Part shown: piece after piece, positions 51,199 through 60,449 of the stretch
How the letters are laid out: each line of letters begins with the position of its first letter
Position numbering within the stretch: position 1 is the first letter of the stretch
Origin: Candidatus Bathyarchaeota archaeon
GTDB taxonomy: Archaea > Thermoproteota > Bathyarchaeia > Bathyarchaeales > Bathycorpusculaceae
NCBI GenBank assembly: GCA_963707955.1
Contig: OY970176.1
Location: forward strand, 512,001 to 576,000
Direction: 5' to 3'
DNA length: 64,000 bases
Position numbers and translations under genes: made by a program
The notes under the pieces: model-generated
Database searches by the model: none
Told to the model about the DNA's origin: nothing
What the model saw: only the letters and a program-made list of their open reading frames with translations

Positions 51199-52404
51199 GT
51201 GATCAAAGACCTTTCAGCCTTTTACTCCAAGAATGCTCTCAACATGAAACGTTCCGAGATCCGCGAACTTTTGAAAGTGACCCGGCGACCCGACATGATC
51301 TCCTTCGCTGGCGGACTTCCCTCTCCAGACACTTTTCCCGTCAAAGACCTCGAAGACATAGCTTGCCATATACTGAGAGAAAAAGGAGCCACGGCCCTTC
51401 AGTATGGACCCACCGAGGGAGAATTGGCTCTGCGTGAAGAAATTGCCAAATGGATTTCACGCGAAAAACCCGGCATCAAACCCGAAAACATCCTTGTCAC
51501 ATCAGGGTCGCAACAGGGTTTAGACATCATCTCCAAAGTCTTCCTGGACCCGAAGGACACGGTAATAGTCGAGTTGCCAACGTACATCGGCGGTCTACAA
51601 GCCTTCACAGCATACAGGGCCAAGATGGTCGGTGTCCTCCAAGACGATCAAGGAATGCGGATGGACCTCCTGGAAAAAACTTTGACCAGACTGGCAAAGA
51701 GGAACAAGAAACAGAAATTCATCTACGTCGTCCCAGACTTTCAGAATCCTTCCGGAGTCACGATGAGCTTGGAAAGACGCAGGAGACTCTTGGAATTGGC
51801 TTACGAGTACGAGCTTCCTGTCATTGAAGACAGCCCATACAGAGACCTCAGATTCACAGGCGAAAGCGTTCCAGCCATTTTCAGCCTGGACAAAGAGAGT
51901 CAAGTCATAGTCGTAGGAACCTTCTCCAAGCTGCTCTGTCCAGGACTAAGGTTGGCTTGGATAATGGCCCCCGCCGAGTGGATGGACAGGATGGTCGTCG
52001 CCAAACAGAGCATGGACCTCTGCTCGCCCACGTTTACTCAGCTCATAGCGGCCGAGTACATGAAACGCGGGTTGCTGCCGAAGCAGGTTGAGAGTATCCG
52101 CAGACTGTATGCAAGAAAGCGTCAAGTGATGCTGGAAGCCCTGCAGAAATACATGCCAAAGGGTGTGGCATGGACCAAGCCGGAAGGCGGACTGTTTCTA
52201 TGGGTCAAACTTCCGAAGAGAATGAGCACTGACGACCTCTTTCCAAAGGCAATCGAAAATGGAGTGGTCTACGTAAAAGGCTCAGCCTTTCATTGCAACG
52301 GCAAAGGCCAAAACACCATGAGAATAAACTTCTCATACCCATCAGAACAGCAGATAGAAGAAGGCATCAAACGCCTGGCCAAAATGATCAAAGAGAACAA
52401 TTGA
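51199..52404 (+). CDS. PLP-dependent class I aminotransferase (2-aminoadipate/aromatic type)
   Basis: ISFAGGLP, PDFQNPSG, IEDSPY, GTFSKLLCPGLRLAW. Confidence 0.92.
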   Translation: MIKDLSAFYSKNALNMKRSEIRELLKVTRRPDMISFAGGLPSPDTFPVKDLEDIACHILREKGATALQYGPTEGELALREEIAKWISREKPGIKPENILVTSGSQQGLDIISKVFLDPKDTVIVELPTYIGGLQAFTAYRAKMVGVLQDDQGMRMDLLEKTLTRLAKRNKKQKFIYVVPDFQNPSGVTMSLERRRRLLELAYEYELPVIEDSPYRDLRFTGESVPAIFSLDKESQVIVVGTFSKLLCPGLRLAWIMAPAEWMDRMVVAKQSMDLCSPTFTQLIAAEYMKRGLLPKQVESIRRLYARKRQVMLEALQKYMPKGVAWTKPEGGLFLWVKLPKRMSTDDLFPKAIENGVVYVKGSAFHCNGKGQNTMRINFSYPSEQQIEEGIKRLAKMIKENN

Positions 52405-52476
52405 GAAAAAAGAGGCAGAAATAGAGAACGCCCGCTTTCAAAATCTTGTCCAAACTCTAACCCAAATCTTCTTCAA

Positions 52477-52658
52477 CCGCGCCGCCTTGTCCCTTTATCA
52501 TGCGTGCGCACTTGAACAGCCCGCACAGCTCCGCATCCAACCTCAAAATCTTCAATGTTTTCAACGATGCTTGTCGACTGTATATGCAAAATGTATATGC
52601 TTTTTGTATATGCTTTTACACACGCGCTATCAGCGAATTTAGGGACAAGCCAGCGCGC
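52477..52658. mobile_element. MITE-like element with GCGCGC-anchored imperfect TIRs
   Basis: Left CGCGCCGCCTTGTCCCTTTAT; right end reverse-complemented GCGCGCTGGCTTGTCCCTAAATTC; three internal GTATATGC repeats. Confidence 0.5.
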
Positions 52659-52717
52659 TCTCCGCAAGCTGCATACTCACCGCCTCCGCCGCAGTACCCG
52701 CCACCCGGCTAAAACAG

Positions 52718-52957
52718 TCACGCAGAAGGCAAGACCTTCCCCTTTCTTTCCGCAGCTAACGACATCTGAGGCGCCAAGACCTCCACCTTCGAAGGAGGGA
52801 TAAGCAGTTTGCGGCCGCAATTCGGACACTTCCCTCCAATCTTGAGGACGACGCTCTGAAGGTACGTCTGACGCCTGTACGTTCCATCCTGCAAAACAGG
52901 CTTTAAGTCCTCGTACAACAATGACCCGCATCGGCCGCAGTAGAAGATGAATGGCAC
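52718..52957 (-). CDS. Small zinc-ribbon protein
   Basis: CGRCG..LY...GKCPNCGRKL. Confidence 0.7.
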   Translation of the reverse strand: MPFIFYCGRCGSLLYEDLKPVLQDGTYRRQTYLQSVVLKIGGKCPNCGRKLLIPPSKVEVLAPQMSLAAERKGKVLPSA

Positions 52958-53090
52958 CCGACGTCCTCCGTCAAGCTAAACGACTGACACTGAGCATATG
53001 GTATACCCGGTATACTTAATAAACTGTATCCACATATAATACCAAAAACAAAATATACACCAACAAACCAGAAGCAACGCGGGAAACAAG

Positions 53091-53525
53091 ATGAAGACCC
53101 TCAAGATCTCAGAGGACATCCACCAGAAGCTGACCGCACTGATGGGCGAATTGATGACTCAGACAAGCAAGATGCAGACGTACCAAGACGCAATAAACGC
53201 GCTGATAAACCAGTCAGTCATCCTTCCCGAAGAGCTGCTCACGCAGACACAGAGCTTCATAGAAGAGAACAGGCACCTAGGTTACACGACGAAGGAAGAG
53301 TTCATACGCGACGCCATAAGATTCCGATTAACATGGCTAAAACAAGAATACGAATACATAGAAATGCCCAAAGAACAGTACGACATGCTTGAAGAAGCAC
53401 TGCGGCAGATGAACATGCCGTACCGAAGCGTTGAAGACTTCATAACCAATCAGACAAAGGAAGTCCTGCAGAAACATGATGAATGGAAAAAGGCAAGCGC
53501 TCATAGGCGACTGAGAAAAGAGTAG
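53091..53525 (+). CDS. Multi ribbon-helix-helix DNA-binding protein
   Basis: MKTLKISEDIH, GYTTKEEFIRDAIR, YRSVEDFI repeats. Confidence 0.75.
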   Translation: MKTLKISEDIHQKLTALMGELMTQTSKMQTYQDAINALINQSVILPEELLTQTQSFIEENRHLGYTTKEEFIRDAIRFRLTWLKQEYEYIEMPKEQYDMLEEALRQMNMPYRSVEDFITNQTKEVLQKHDEWKKASAHRRLRKE

Positions 53526-53559
53526 AAAGAAGTAGAAAGCCTTCACTTCAGCTTGCTGC

Positions 53560-53870
53560 ACAGTTTTGGTCTCAAGTTCTCTGACACTCGTCTCGATAAC
53601 GCCCTAATTCTTTTCCGATTGAACCTACATTCTCCTCTTGCTTCCACAGCTAGTGTTTAATAATCGAAGAGAACCTTGGCTATGTCAAACGGCTTCAACA
53701 AATACGCGTGTGCATTCTTGTTAACAGTCTTGATCGCGTTCTGAACTGTTGAGTAACCAGTGATGATTATCTTCCGCGTTCTTGGCACGCTATCCTTGAT
53801 CTTTGTGAGAAGTCTCCGTCCCCTCCGTATCCGCGCAGGCGGGATAGAATAGACAGAGCTAAGTTATAGA
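53560..53870 (-). pseudogene. Decayed response-regulator receiver gene
   Basis: Fragments YNLAL, LLTKIKDSVPRTRKIIITGYSTVQNAIKTVNKNAHAYLLKPFD and IETSVRELE, separated by frameshifts and stops. Confidence 0.65.
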
Positions 53871-54208
53871 GGATTCTTTCAAAAATGTTATCTGCAAGAA
53901 CAGTGAAAGAACATTCTGGAGAAGGAGAAAGCCGAGACAAGCGGTTGTAAAGGACGAAACTGGAAGATGGAGAGATTGAAGGACTCATGATGTTGATTAT
54001 CTCTATGCCTATAGTTTTGGGCATTGTGGCAGTAGCGGGTGCAATGATCGGTGGAGCATTCATTCTCATTTTGGATGCCGAACTGATTCGACGAAGAAGA
54101 AAAAAGAAAGAAGAATCGCAAGCAATGCTCTCTCGACCGTCAAGTGCTCGAGAAAAGCGATAGCGACTCCGCTGAAGACGCTGGAAGCCTTGCCGTCACT
54201 GCCGAAAG

Positions 54209-54983
54209 CTAGACCAGTTCTTTCGGAACACGGTTCGGCATGTGAGATCGATAGTAGCTAAGGCCATTTCTACGCACTTTTGTTTGAACGCTCGGGTACA
54301 GGATGAGCTCCTCAGTTTCGAGCTCCTCGGCTAGTTTCGGATCGATCGCACGTATCCTTTCAACGAGTCTTTGCAGACTGTTTTCCTGAGAAAACGAAAC
54401 CATCACGGCTGGATGACACCGCACGTTCTCCTCAACTAAGTTTTGCAGAGCCTTCAGTTGCATGAGAAAGCCTTCCTGCTTTGCCCCAGTCAGACTGGAA
54501 AATTCTTCCTCACTGCACCCCTTGAGAGAGACGCGGACGTGAACAAACGGGAATTCTGAAAGTTCATGAGCGTAACTCTTGTCTTCTCCTATCAGTATGC
54601 CGTTGGTTTCAAGGATGAAGAGTAGGTTCTGCTTCTTCAAGCCTTCCAAGACGTGAAGAAGGTGGTCTCTGCCGATCGTGGGTTCCCCTCCGCTCAAACG
54701 AATTTGTCGGGTCGCCTTTTTTCCAGCCATTCTAACGAGGGTGTTCGCAACGGTTTCAGGGCCATAGAACTTCCCAGACCTCAGCTGGTTTCATCATGAT
54801 CTGGTCTGAAACCCAGCAAAACTTGCAGAGGAGGCCACACCCCACTGCGTCGGCCGTGACTATTCCGCCGTACCAGCGATCAATGCGGAACCGCCAATAC
54901 TTTCTTTCTTGCGCCTTACCAGTGCCCCGGGTGACAAGTTTCTCTACGGCTCTATGCCTGACGGTCGGGTCATAAAGGCTCAT
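54209..54983 (-). CDS. Radical SAM protein, apparent +1 frameshift at 54775-54780
   Basis: GCGLLCKFCW in the first ORF; RLSGGEPT and LETNG in the second; removing one base gives PAEVGKFYGPETVA. Confidence 0.85.
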
Positions 54984-54991
54984 TGCCTGAC

Positions 54992-55402
54992 TCACTCGGA
55001 GACCACGGGCAACGGGTACAGTTCGCTCAATCTGACTTTCTTGAGTTTTCGGTCGACCTGAACAATCACGTTTGGGTCGCCGAATTCGCTTATGAACTGT
55101 CTGCACTTTCCACACGGCGGCAGGACACGCCCACCGTTCTTGTATGCAAACGCGACAATGGTCTCGATTTCTTCTTCTCCCTCAGAAACCATCGTTCCGA
55201 TCGCTGCGTACTCTGCGCAGATTGAACATGGAGCAGAACACTCTATCTCGACGTTGACACCGGAGAATATCCTGTTGTTCTTGGTCCGCAAGGCAGCTGC
55301 AACGGATGATCTTTTCGACTTTCGCTTTCCAATCAAGTCCTTTGCTTTCTCGACAAGTTCAAGATCCGGCTTCGTAAGATCTGCGAATTGCATGGGCATC
55401 AA
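54992..55402 (-). CDS. cdd: Cytidine deaminase
   Basis: GVNVE, SICAE, PPCGKCRQFISEF. Confidence 0.88.
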   Translation of the reverse strand: MMPMQFADLTKPDLELVEKAKDLIGKRKSKRSSVAAALRTKNNRIFSGVNVEIECSAPCSICAEYAAIGTMVSEGEEEIETIVAFAYKNGGRVLPPCGKCRQFISEFGDPNVIVQVDRKLKKVRLSELYPLPVVSE

Positions 55403-55779
55403 AAACAGAATACTTCTTAATGAACTTTCGTTTAAAATAGAATACCGGGCGATTAGGCCTCGCCGATTTCTGGATTCGCGCTTTTCATGGATGGGGAGCG
55501 CTACATCCCTGTATTCGCGTTTTTCCCCTTCTATTCCACCCGCCTCCCCCCTAGGGTACTAGTACTGCACGTAGCCATTGCGAAAGGCCCTACTGGATTT
55601 GTGTGGGCTTTAAGCTGAGCTTGTGTAGAAGGCTTGAAAGAGGGCTGGGCGAAGGTAGTAACTTTTCTATGCATTCAACCGTCACCGTTTTCTGGCTTCA
55701 TCTGCCCTGCTCCGAGCTTGCTAAAACGCCCGTCCTCCATGCTAGGGTGTCAGCCATACTTAGCCCGTCAAGCGTGTCT

Positions 55780-55953
55780 TCAGTCGAGTCTGTCGCCGCG
55801 GATTTGTTCAGTCATCAAGCCTAGGCTTTTTGCGTATTCCAAGAATGCGGTGCGCAGAGCCTCGCTTTCAGCCATTCCTAGGCTTATGCACATTCGGTCA
55901 AGAACCTTCTTCTGTGAAGGTGGCAGGTAGACCTTGACAACTTTTCTTGCCAA
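55780..55953 (-). CDS. 57-aa RHH/CopG-like regulator (not in ORF track)
   Basis: MARKVVKVYLPPSQKKVLDRMCISLGMAESEALRTAFLEYAKSLGL...; GAGGTGA site upstream. Confidence 0.65.
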   Translation of the reverse strand: MARKVVKVYLPPSQKKVLDRMCISLGMAESEALRTAFLEYAKSLGLMTEQIRGDRLD

Positions 55954-56066
55954 AAAACATCACCTCTTTAGACATCTCACCGTCTTCGGTTCTGAACATA
56001 CGGAGGGTCCTAATTCATAAAAGAAATAGAGTAGATAATATACCATTTAGACTAATTCTTAAATAG

Positions 56067-57314
56067 ATGAATAGACTAGTACCTAGTAGGGAAAGAGCTA
56101 TGGTAGAAAGTAAGATGATCTTGGAATGGGCCAAAGCATCTTATAGGACCGAACAGAACCAGAAGGCAGCTATTAGAAAACTTAGAGACTTTCTAGCTTT
56201 CACTAAGATGGCCCCCGAAGAGCTTGTTAAGGAACAAAGAGCTAAGATAGATGAGAGAGCTGCACAGAGAAGGATCTTAGCTTTCTATAAGAAGATCATA
56301 GATGCTGGAAAGACTCCCACCGTGGCCTTTGACTATACTAAGTTTCTAAGAAGCTTCTATAACTACTATGGCCTTGTGTTGTCCTTTAGGCCTAATGAGT
56401 TAGAGATGCCTCTGCCTAAGATCAAAGACTTTCCCTTTGAGCTACAGCACATTCAAGGTATGATCTATGCTGCCAATGTTAAAGGTAAAGCGCTCATACT
56501 AACTCTTGAAAGCAGTGGTCTTAGGATAGGCGATATAGTCAAGCTACTCAGAAAAGACATTGAGCCTTTGCTAGAGAAAGAGCCCCCTGTAGAGCTTGAA
56601 GTGATTACAGAAAAGGAAAGAGTAAGGGCTAATTCTTTTCTCCATTCAGTAGCAATCAAGGCCTTAAAGGATTATCTAGCTTCTAGGACAGATGACTTTC
56701 CTTGGCTATTTACTACCGATTTAGGTAGTAATCTCTCTACGCCTGAAGCAGACCGAATGGTTAAGACAGCCTTTAAGAATGCTGGGTTTGACAGTGGAAA
56801 TCTTAGAGTCCGAACACACTGCATTAGAAAGTTTACTATAGGGCAGTTTCAGGACAGTGGCATAGAGGAAAACCTTTGGAAAGCTATTGTCGGTAAGAAA
56901 ACACCACAGGCTGCCTATAACTCTAACAAACTGAGAGAAGCATACATTTCAGCTCTGCCTAAGCTAAATCCAGAGGCACTTGTCAATAACCATGTGAAGA
57001 TGGATGATCTAGCTAACAAGGTCCAGACTCTTGAAAAGGAGAACCTAGAGCTTAGGCAGAAACTTACTGAGCTAGAGCAGAAGAAGGGTTTTGAGGTGTT
57101 AATGGAGATGTACCAAGACAGACAGAAAGAGATCAATAAAGATGCCTTCAATAAGGCTGCTCCAGCCAAGGCCAGTCTGAATGGTAAGAAACCTGCTCCT
57201 ACAGAACCTATAACAATCAATGGATCAGAGATTCTAAGTCTAAAGGCTCTAGCTCAAAGTCTACAGCTCTTCTATGATAAGAAGAAGAAAGAAGGACAGT
57301 CTAAGAATGAATGA
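56067..57314 (+). CDS. Tyrosine integrase with C-terminal coiled coil
   Basis: SSGLRIGD, THCIRKF, VGKK...AAY. Confidence 0.88.
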   Translation: MNRLVPSRERAMVESKMILEWAKASYRTEQNQKAAIRKLRDFLAFTKMAPEELVKEQRAKIDERAAQRRILAFYKKIIDAGKTPTVAFDYTKFLRSFYNYYGLVLSFRPNELEMPLPKIKDFPFELQHIQGMIYAANVKGKALILTLESSGLRIGDIVKLLRKDIEPLLEKEPPVELEVITEKERVRANSFLHSVAIKALKDYLASRTDDFPWLFTTDLGSNLSTPEADRMVKTAFKNAGFDSGNLRVRTHCIRKFTIGQFQDSGIEENLWKAIVGKKTPQAAYNSNKLREAYISALPKLNPEALVNNHVKMDDLANKVQTLEKENLELRQKLTELEQKKGFEVLMEMYQDRQKEINKDAFNKAAPAKASLNGKKPAPTEPITINGSEILSLKALAQSLQLFYDKKKKEGQSKNE

Positions 57315-57423
57315 TCAAGTATTCTATGCAACCTTGGCTATTCTTACCTTCATATTCTTTCTAGGGCTAGTTATTGTAATCAAAGAGACATTCAAGCTGC
57401 CTAGAAGTAAAAAGCCCCATTAG
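57307..57423 (+). CDS. 38-aa single-TM peptide coupled to the integrase stop
   Basis: MNDQVFYATLAILTFIFFLGLVIVIKETFKLPRSKKPH, followed by a T-rich terminator. Confidence 0.55.
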   Translation: MNDQVFYATLAILTFIFFLGLVIVIKETFKLPRSKKPH

Positions 57424-57486
57424 TCTCTCTTTTTTATTCTCCAAGTTTACCACATTAAGATTCTAGATAAAAATATAGTGACCATC

Positions 57487-57629
57487 TCAGTCAAAGGTTC
57501 AGAGACGGCCACTAGCTGTTATGATGGTAAGAGGACGTTCCGAAAAGGAAGCGCCCGGTCTCCCATCAGTGTGGCCGTAGGCAGTAAAGCCCAAGTGAAT
57601 GACAATCAGTTCACTTGAACCGCGACTGA
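57487..57629 (-). ncRNA. Candidate multi-branch structured RNA of unknown class
   Basis: Six nested helices found by eye; G-U pairs work on the minus strand. Confidence 0.6.
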
Positions 57630-57649
57630 CCGCCCTTAGCCTATCACTT

Positions 57650-57751
57650 CTAAGATAGTGCTTTTACTATCTTCTGCAATATCTCAACTATACCCGTTCC
57701 TGCTGATGGGTTGCTGAGAAGAATAACTACATCATCTAATGTGGCTGCCAT
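57650..57751 (-). CDS. 33-aa hypothetical peptide
   Basis: MAATLDDVVILLSNPSAGTGIVEILQKIVKALS; GGTGA site upstream. Confidence 0.5.
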   Translation of the reverse strand: MAATLDDVVILLSNPSAGTGIVEILQKIVKALS

Positions 57752-57758
57752 TTGTTAA

Positions 57759-57878
57759 TCACCTGCCTTTATCCTTAATTGGTGCTCTAGTGTAGAGCTC
57801 AAATTTACCGTCTTGAAGGGTTATTCTCAGTACAAAGCATTTGCCGAAGAGGTTTAACCATATCCCGCCCTTAGCCAT
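57759..57878 (-). CDS. 39-aa hypothetical peptide
   Basis: MAKGGIWLNLFGKCFVLRITLQDGKFELYTRAPIKDKGR; fills the gap in the operon. Confidence 0.35.
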   Translation of the reverse strand: MAKGGIWLNLFGKCFVLRITLQDGKFELYTRAPIKDKGR

Positions 57879-57937
57879 ATGCCGGGCCCGAATATAGTCT
57901 TCCTTAGTGTGTTTTATGTATTGTATACTGGTACCCT

Positions 57938-58072
57938 CTATGCTTCATTAAGCTTCTTCAAGATAGCAGCTAACTCGTCACTCGTGAGAATCTTGGAGAG
58001 GATCGTCTTTAGATCCTTATTGTCCTTCTCTGATAAGAGTTGAACGTCTCCAATGACTCTGTACTTTCCCAT
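57938..58072 (-). CDS. 44-aa hypothetical peptide
   Basis: MGKYRVIGDVQLLSEKDNKDLKTILSKILTSDELAAILKKLNEA; GGGGTGA site upstream. Confidence 0.55.
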   Translation of the reverse strand: MGKYRVIGDVQLLSEKDNKDLKTILSKILTSDELAAILKKLNEA

Positions 58073-58083
58073 ATGCTCACCCC

Positions 58084-58854
58084 TTAGTCGGTTTTCTCTT
58101 CTCTTACAACTCTCTGTACTTCTTTGCCCGTTAACGGATCTCTAGCCCATTCTATGTGTTCTTCATACTCGACCGGCTTAGGCTTAGGCTCTGCAATCTT
58201 TGGCTTCTTCGGTTGCTTTGGTTCTTCTTTGTCTAAGATCACAATGTCAAGCTCAACATGGAGAGTGCTTGGTGGATCTAGAACACCACTATTGTCAAGA
58301 ACATCTTTAGTCAACTTAATGGGGCACTTTGTGGTCTTGTCATATACGACTTTCCAATCACCTAAGCCTCTAGAAGCATATGGACCCTCGCAAGCTACAT
58401 AGCTACTACCGTCTTGTTGGGGCAATAGATTGATCATAGCAGGCCCATCAACAAAGATCAATACCGGTTTAGCTATGACTCTAAGTTTACCCAAGTTTAT
58501 CGGTGTATTGTTGTATGCTTGAAGAGTAGCGTCGTATTCAACCTGTAGATCTTTAACCCTCTTGCTAAAAGTCATACTAGTGTTAGAGCTTTCAATGGAT
58601 GCTATCTGCTTGGAGAGTAGTATCAATTTATCTCTAAGTTTACGGTGTGTCTCGTCCTCAAGGCCTGAAGCTACTTGCTGTCTACGGACCATAGCATTAT
58701 GCTGTTCAATCAATAGCTGACTGCGTTTCTTCTCTTCTTGTTCTTCTCTAGTTTGTCTTTGTCTCTCTTCATTAGCTGCTTGGATATTCTTCTTGCGTTC
58801 TTCTATATCACGTTTAATTTGATCATCTAATTGGTCTGATCTATCTAAACTCAT
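58084..58854 (-). CDS. Hypothetical viral protein with N-terminal coiled coil
   Basis: Long charged helix, globular middle, P/K-rich tail; ATGA overlap with upstream gene. Confidence 0.75.
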   Translation of the reverse strand: MSLDRSDQLDDQIKRDIEERKKNIQAANEERQRQTREEQEEKKRSQLLIEQHNAMVRRQQVASGLEDETHRKLRDKLILLSKQIASIESSNTSMTFSKRVKDLQVEYDATLQAYNNTPINLGKLRVIAKPVLIFVDGPAMINLLPQQDGSSYVACEGPYASRGLGDWKVVYDKTTKCPIKLTKDVLDNSGVLDPPSTLHVELDIVILDKEEPKQPKKPKIAEPKPKPVEYEEHIEWARDPLTGKEVQRVVREEKTD

Positions 58855-59036
58855 TTTTCATTCACCCCCATTTTAGACTTAATATCATCCTTTTCATTGG
58901 TGTATACGCCCGTTCTTCTGATACGGACTTCGATGATGGCACATCTTGGATTTTGACAAACCCACCCGCCATCCTTTTTATGGACTAAGATTCCCCCACA
59001 GAGAGGGCATTTCAATGTCCATTCACTGTTTACCAT
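58851..59036 (-). CDS. Small zinc-finger protein
   Basis: CPLCGG...WVCQNPRC. Confidence 0.7.
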   Translation of the reverse strand: MVNSEWTLKCPLCGGILVHKKDGGWVCQNPRCAIIEVRIRRTGVYTNEKDDIKSKMGVNEK

Positions 59037-59039
59037 ATT

Positions 59040-60449
59040 CTATTTTCCCTTCTTTCCAAATAGAAGATCAAAACACCGCTCACAGTAGACTTTTCTACCC
59101 TTCAAGTCTTCCTTAACTGTGACTATTCTTCCGCAGCGTTCGCAGCATAAACGGTTATTGCGTGTAGTAGTATTCCCAGTGAGACTATTGAAAACTTTAC
59201 CACTATTCATGTTCGCTATGACTACGGCTCTAGGAGTTTCTTTTACTTCTGGAATGATGTCCCAACATAGTGCTAAGCCTAAGGCATCTACTAGGTTATC
59301 ATTTCTGGTTTTACCCTTATGATAGTGGGACAGTTCAAAATACAATTCCTTAAAGTTCTGTGGGGCTTTAAAATGACCAAGATTGATGGTATTCTTAACC
59401 TCACCCAGAATCTTATCCTTATAGATCTGGGCCTCTATGTAATTTGGTTTCAGTCCATGTTGTTCTAAGAGACCGTGAAATTCAACGGGTTGGTTATCCA
59501 TTCGGATGCTTGTGACTCTATACTGCTTCATAAGAGTTGCAATGGCTTGGGGATCAAACTCTCTCATGTTTAGGGCATAGAGAACTTTGAATCTCTCCTT
59601 TTGCCTTTCAACAATGATTATACCGGTCGCATTGGTCTTGCCATAGCCCGGATCTATTCCCGCTTGTATCTTACTAGTAGAAATACCAGAAGCTATAGGT
59701 TCAATATCTTTACTGAAAGATCTACTTAGTGCTTCATTATCTAGAAACTCTTTCTCTTCGCTTGTTGGTATTCTAGCTAAGATCTCCCGGGCATATGCCG
59801 CTTCACTCAGTCTCATCTTTGATCCTTTGTTAGATTCTTGCTGCCATGGACAGACCTCTGAGCTAAACTGCTTAAGAGTAAAACCGTATTTCTCTGGATC
59901 TGTTATTAGATCCACAAAGAAACCAGAGGGCTCAGACGGTGTGCTTAGTACGACTAGCTTACAGATAGAACCGCTTAGAACCGGGGTTAAAGCTTTCCAC
60001 ACTGTGTCTTTGATCAAGCATGCCTCATCAACGAAGAGAATATCAGCTCTGAATCCCCTTATAGACTTAGATGTGGCCATGCATGTGTCAACAATGGAAC
60101 CGTTCTCAAGTTGAAACCCGTTCTCGGGGATCTCTTTAAACATTCCACCCTGAACGATCTTAGCTTTAATATCCGGGTTATCTCGGACAAAGTTGTTTAA
60201 GTGGAAGTACATTCTCTTCTGCCCTGAGACTAGGAGAATCTCAAGCGGTCTTTTGAGCTCATTAGAATATACATCAGCGTACCAGAGACTAGCTAGAGCA
60301 CAAAGCATAGTCTTTGAAAACCCTCTACCTGCACAAAGTGCTAAGTTTTTTATATCGAAGTTGGCTAAAGCTTCTAGGACTTCAATTTGTTCTGGTATTG
60401 GCTCTAGCTTTGTGATTCTACGGAAATAGCTAACTATGTCTTCATGCAT
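59040..60449 (-). CDS. terL: Terminase large subunit with C-terminal zinc ribbon
   Basis: AGRGFSKT, IRG..ADILFVDEA, LSTP, nuclease GIDPG and DNLVDAL; tail CERC...CERC. Confidence 0.88.
   Translation of the reverse strand: MHEDIVSYFRRITKLEPIPEQIEVLEALANFDIKNLALCAGRGFSKTMLCALASLWYADVYSNELKRPLEILLVSGQKRMYFHLNNFVRDNPDIKAKIVQGGMFKEIPENGFQLENGSIVDTCMATSKSIRGFRADILFVDEACLIKDTVWKALTPVLSGSICKLVVLSTPSEPSGFFVDLITDPEKYGFTLKQFSSEVCPWQQESNKGSKMRLSEAAYAREILARIPTSEEKEFLDNEALSRSFSKDIEPIASGISTSKIQAGIDPGYGKTNATGIIIVERQKERFKVLYALNMREFDPQAIATLMKQYRVTSIRMDNQPVEFHGLLEQHGLKPNYIEAQIYKDKILGEVKNTINLGHFKAPQNFKELYFELSHYHKGKTRNDNLVDALGLALCWDIIPEVKETPRAVVIANMNSGKVFNSLTGNTTTRNNRLCCERCGRIVTVKEDLKGRKVYCERCFDLLFGKKGK

Noticed and set aside
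57487-57629. Hammerhead ribozyme or tRNA assignment for the structured RNA
   Set aside because: CTGATG is present but no correctly placed GAAA core; no T loop or CCA.
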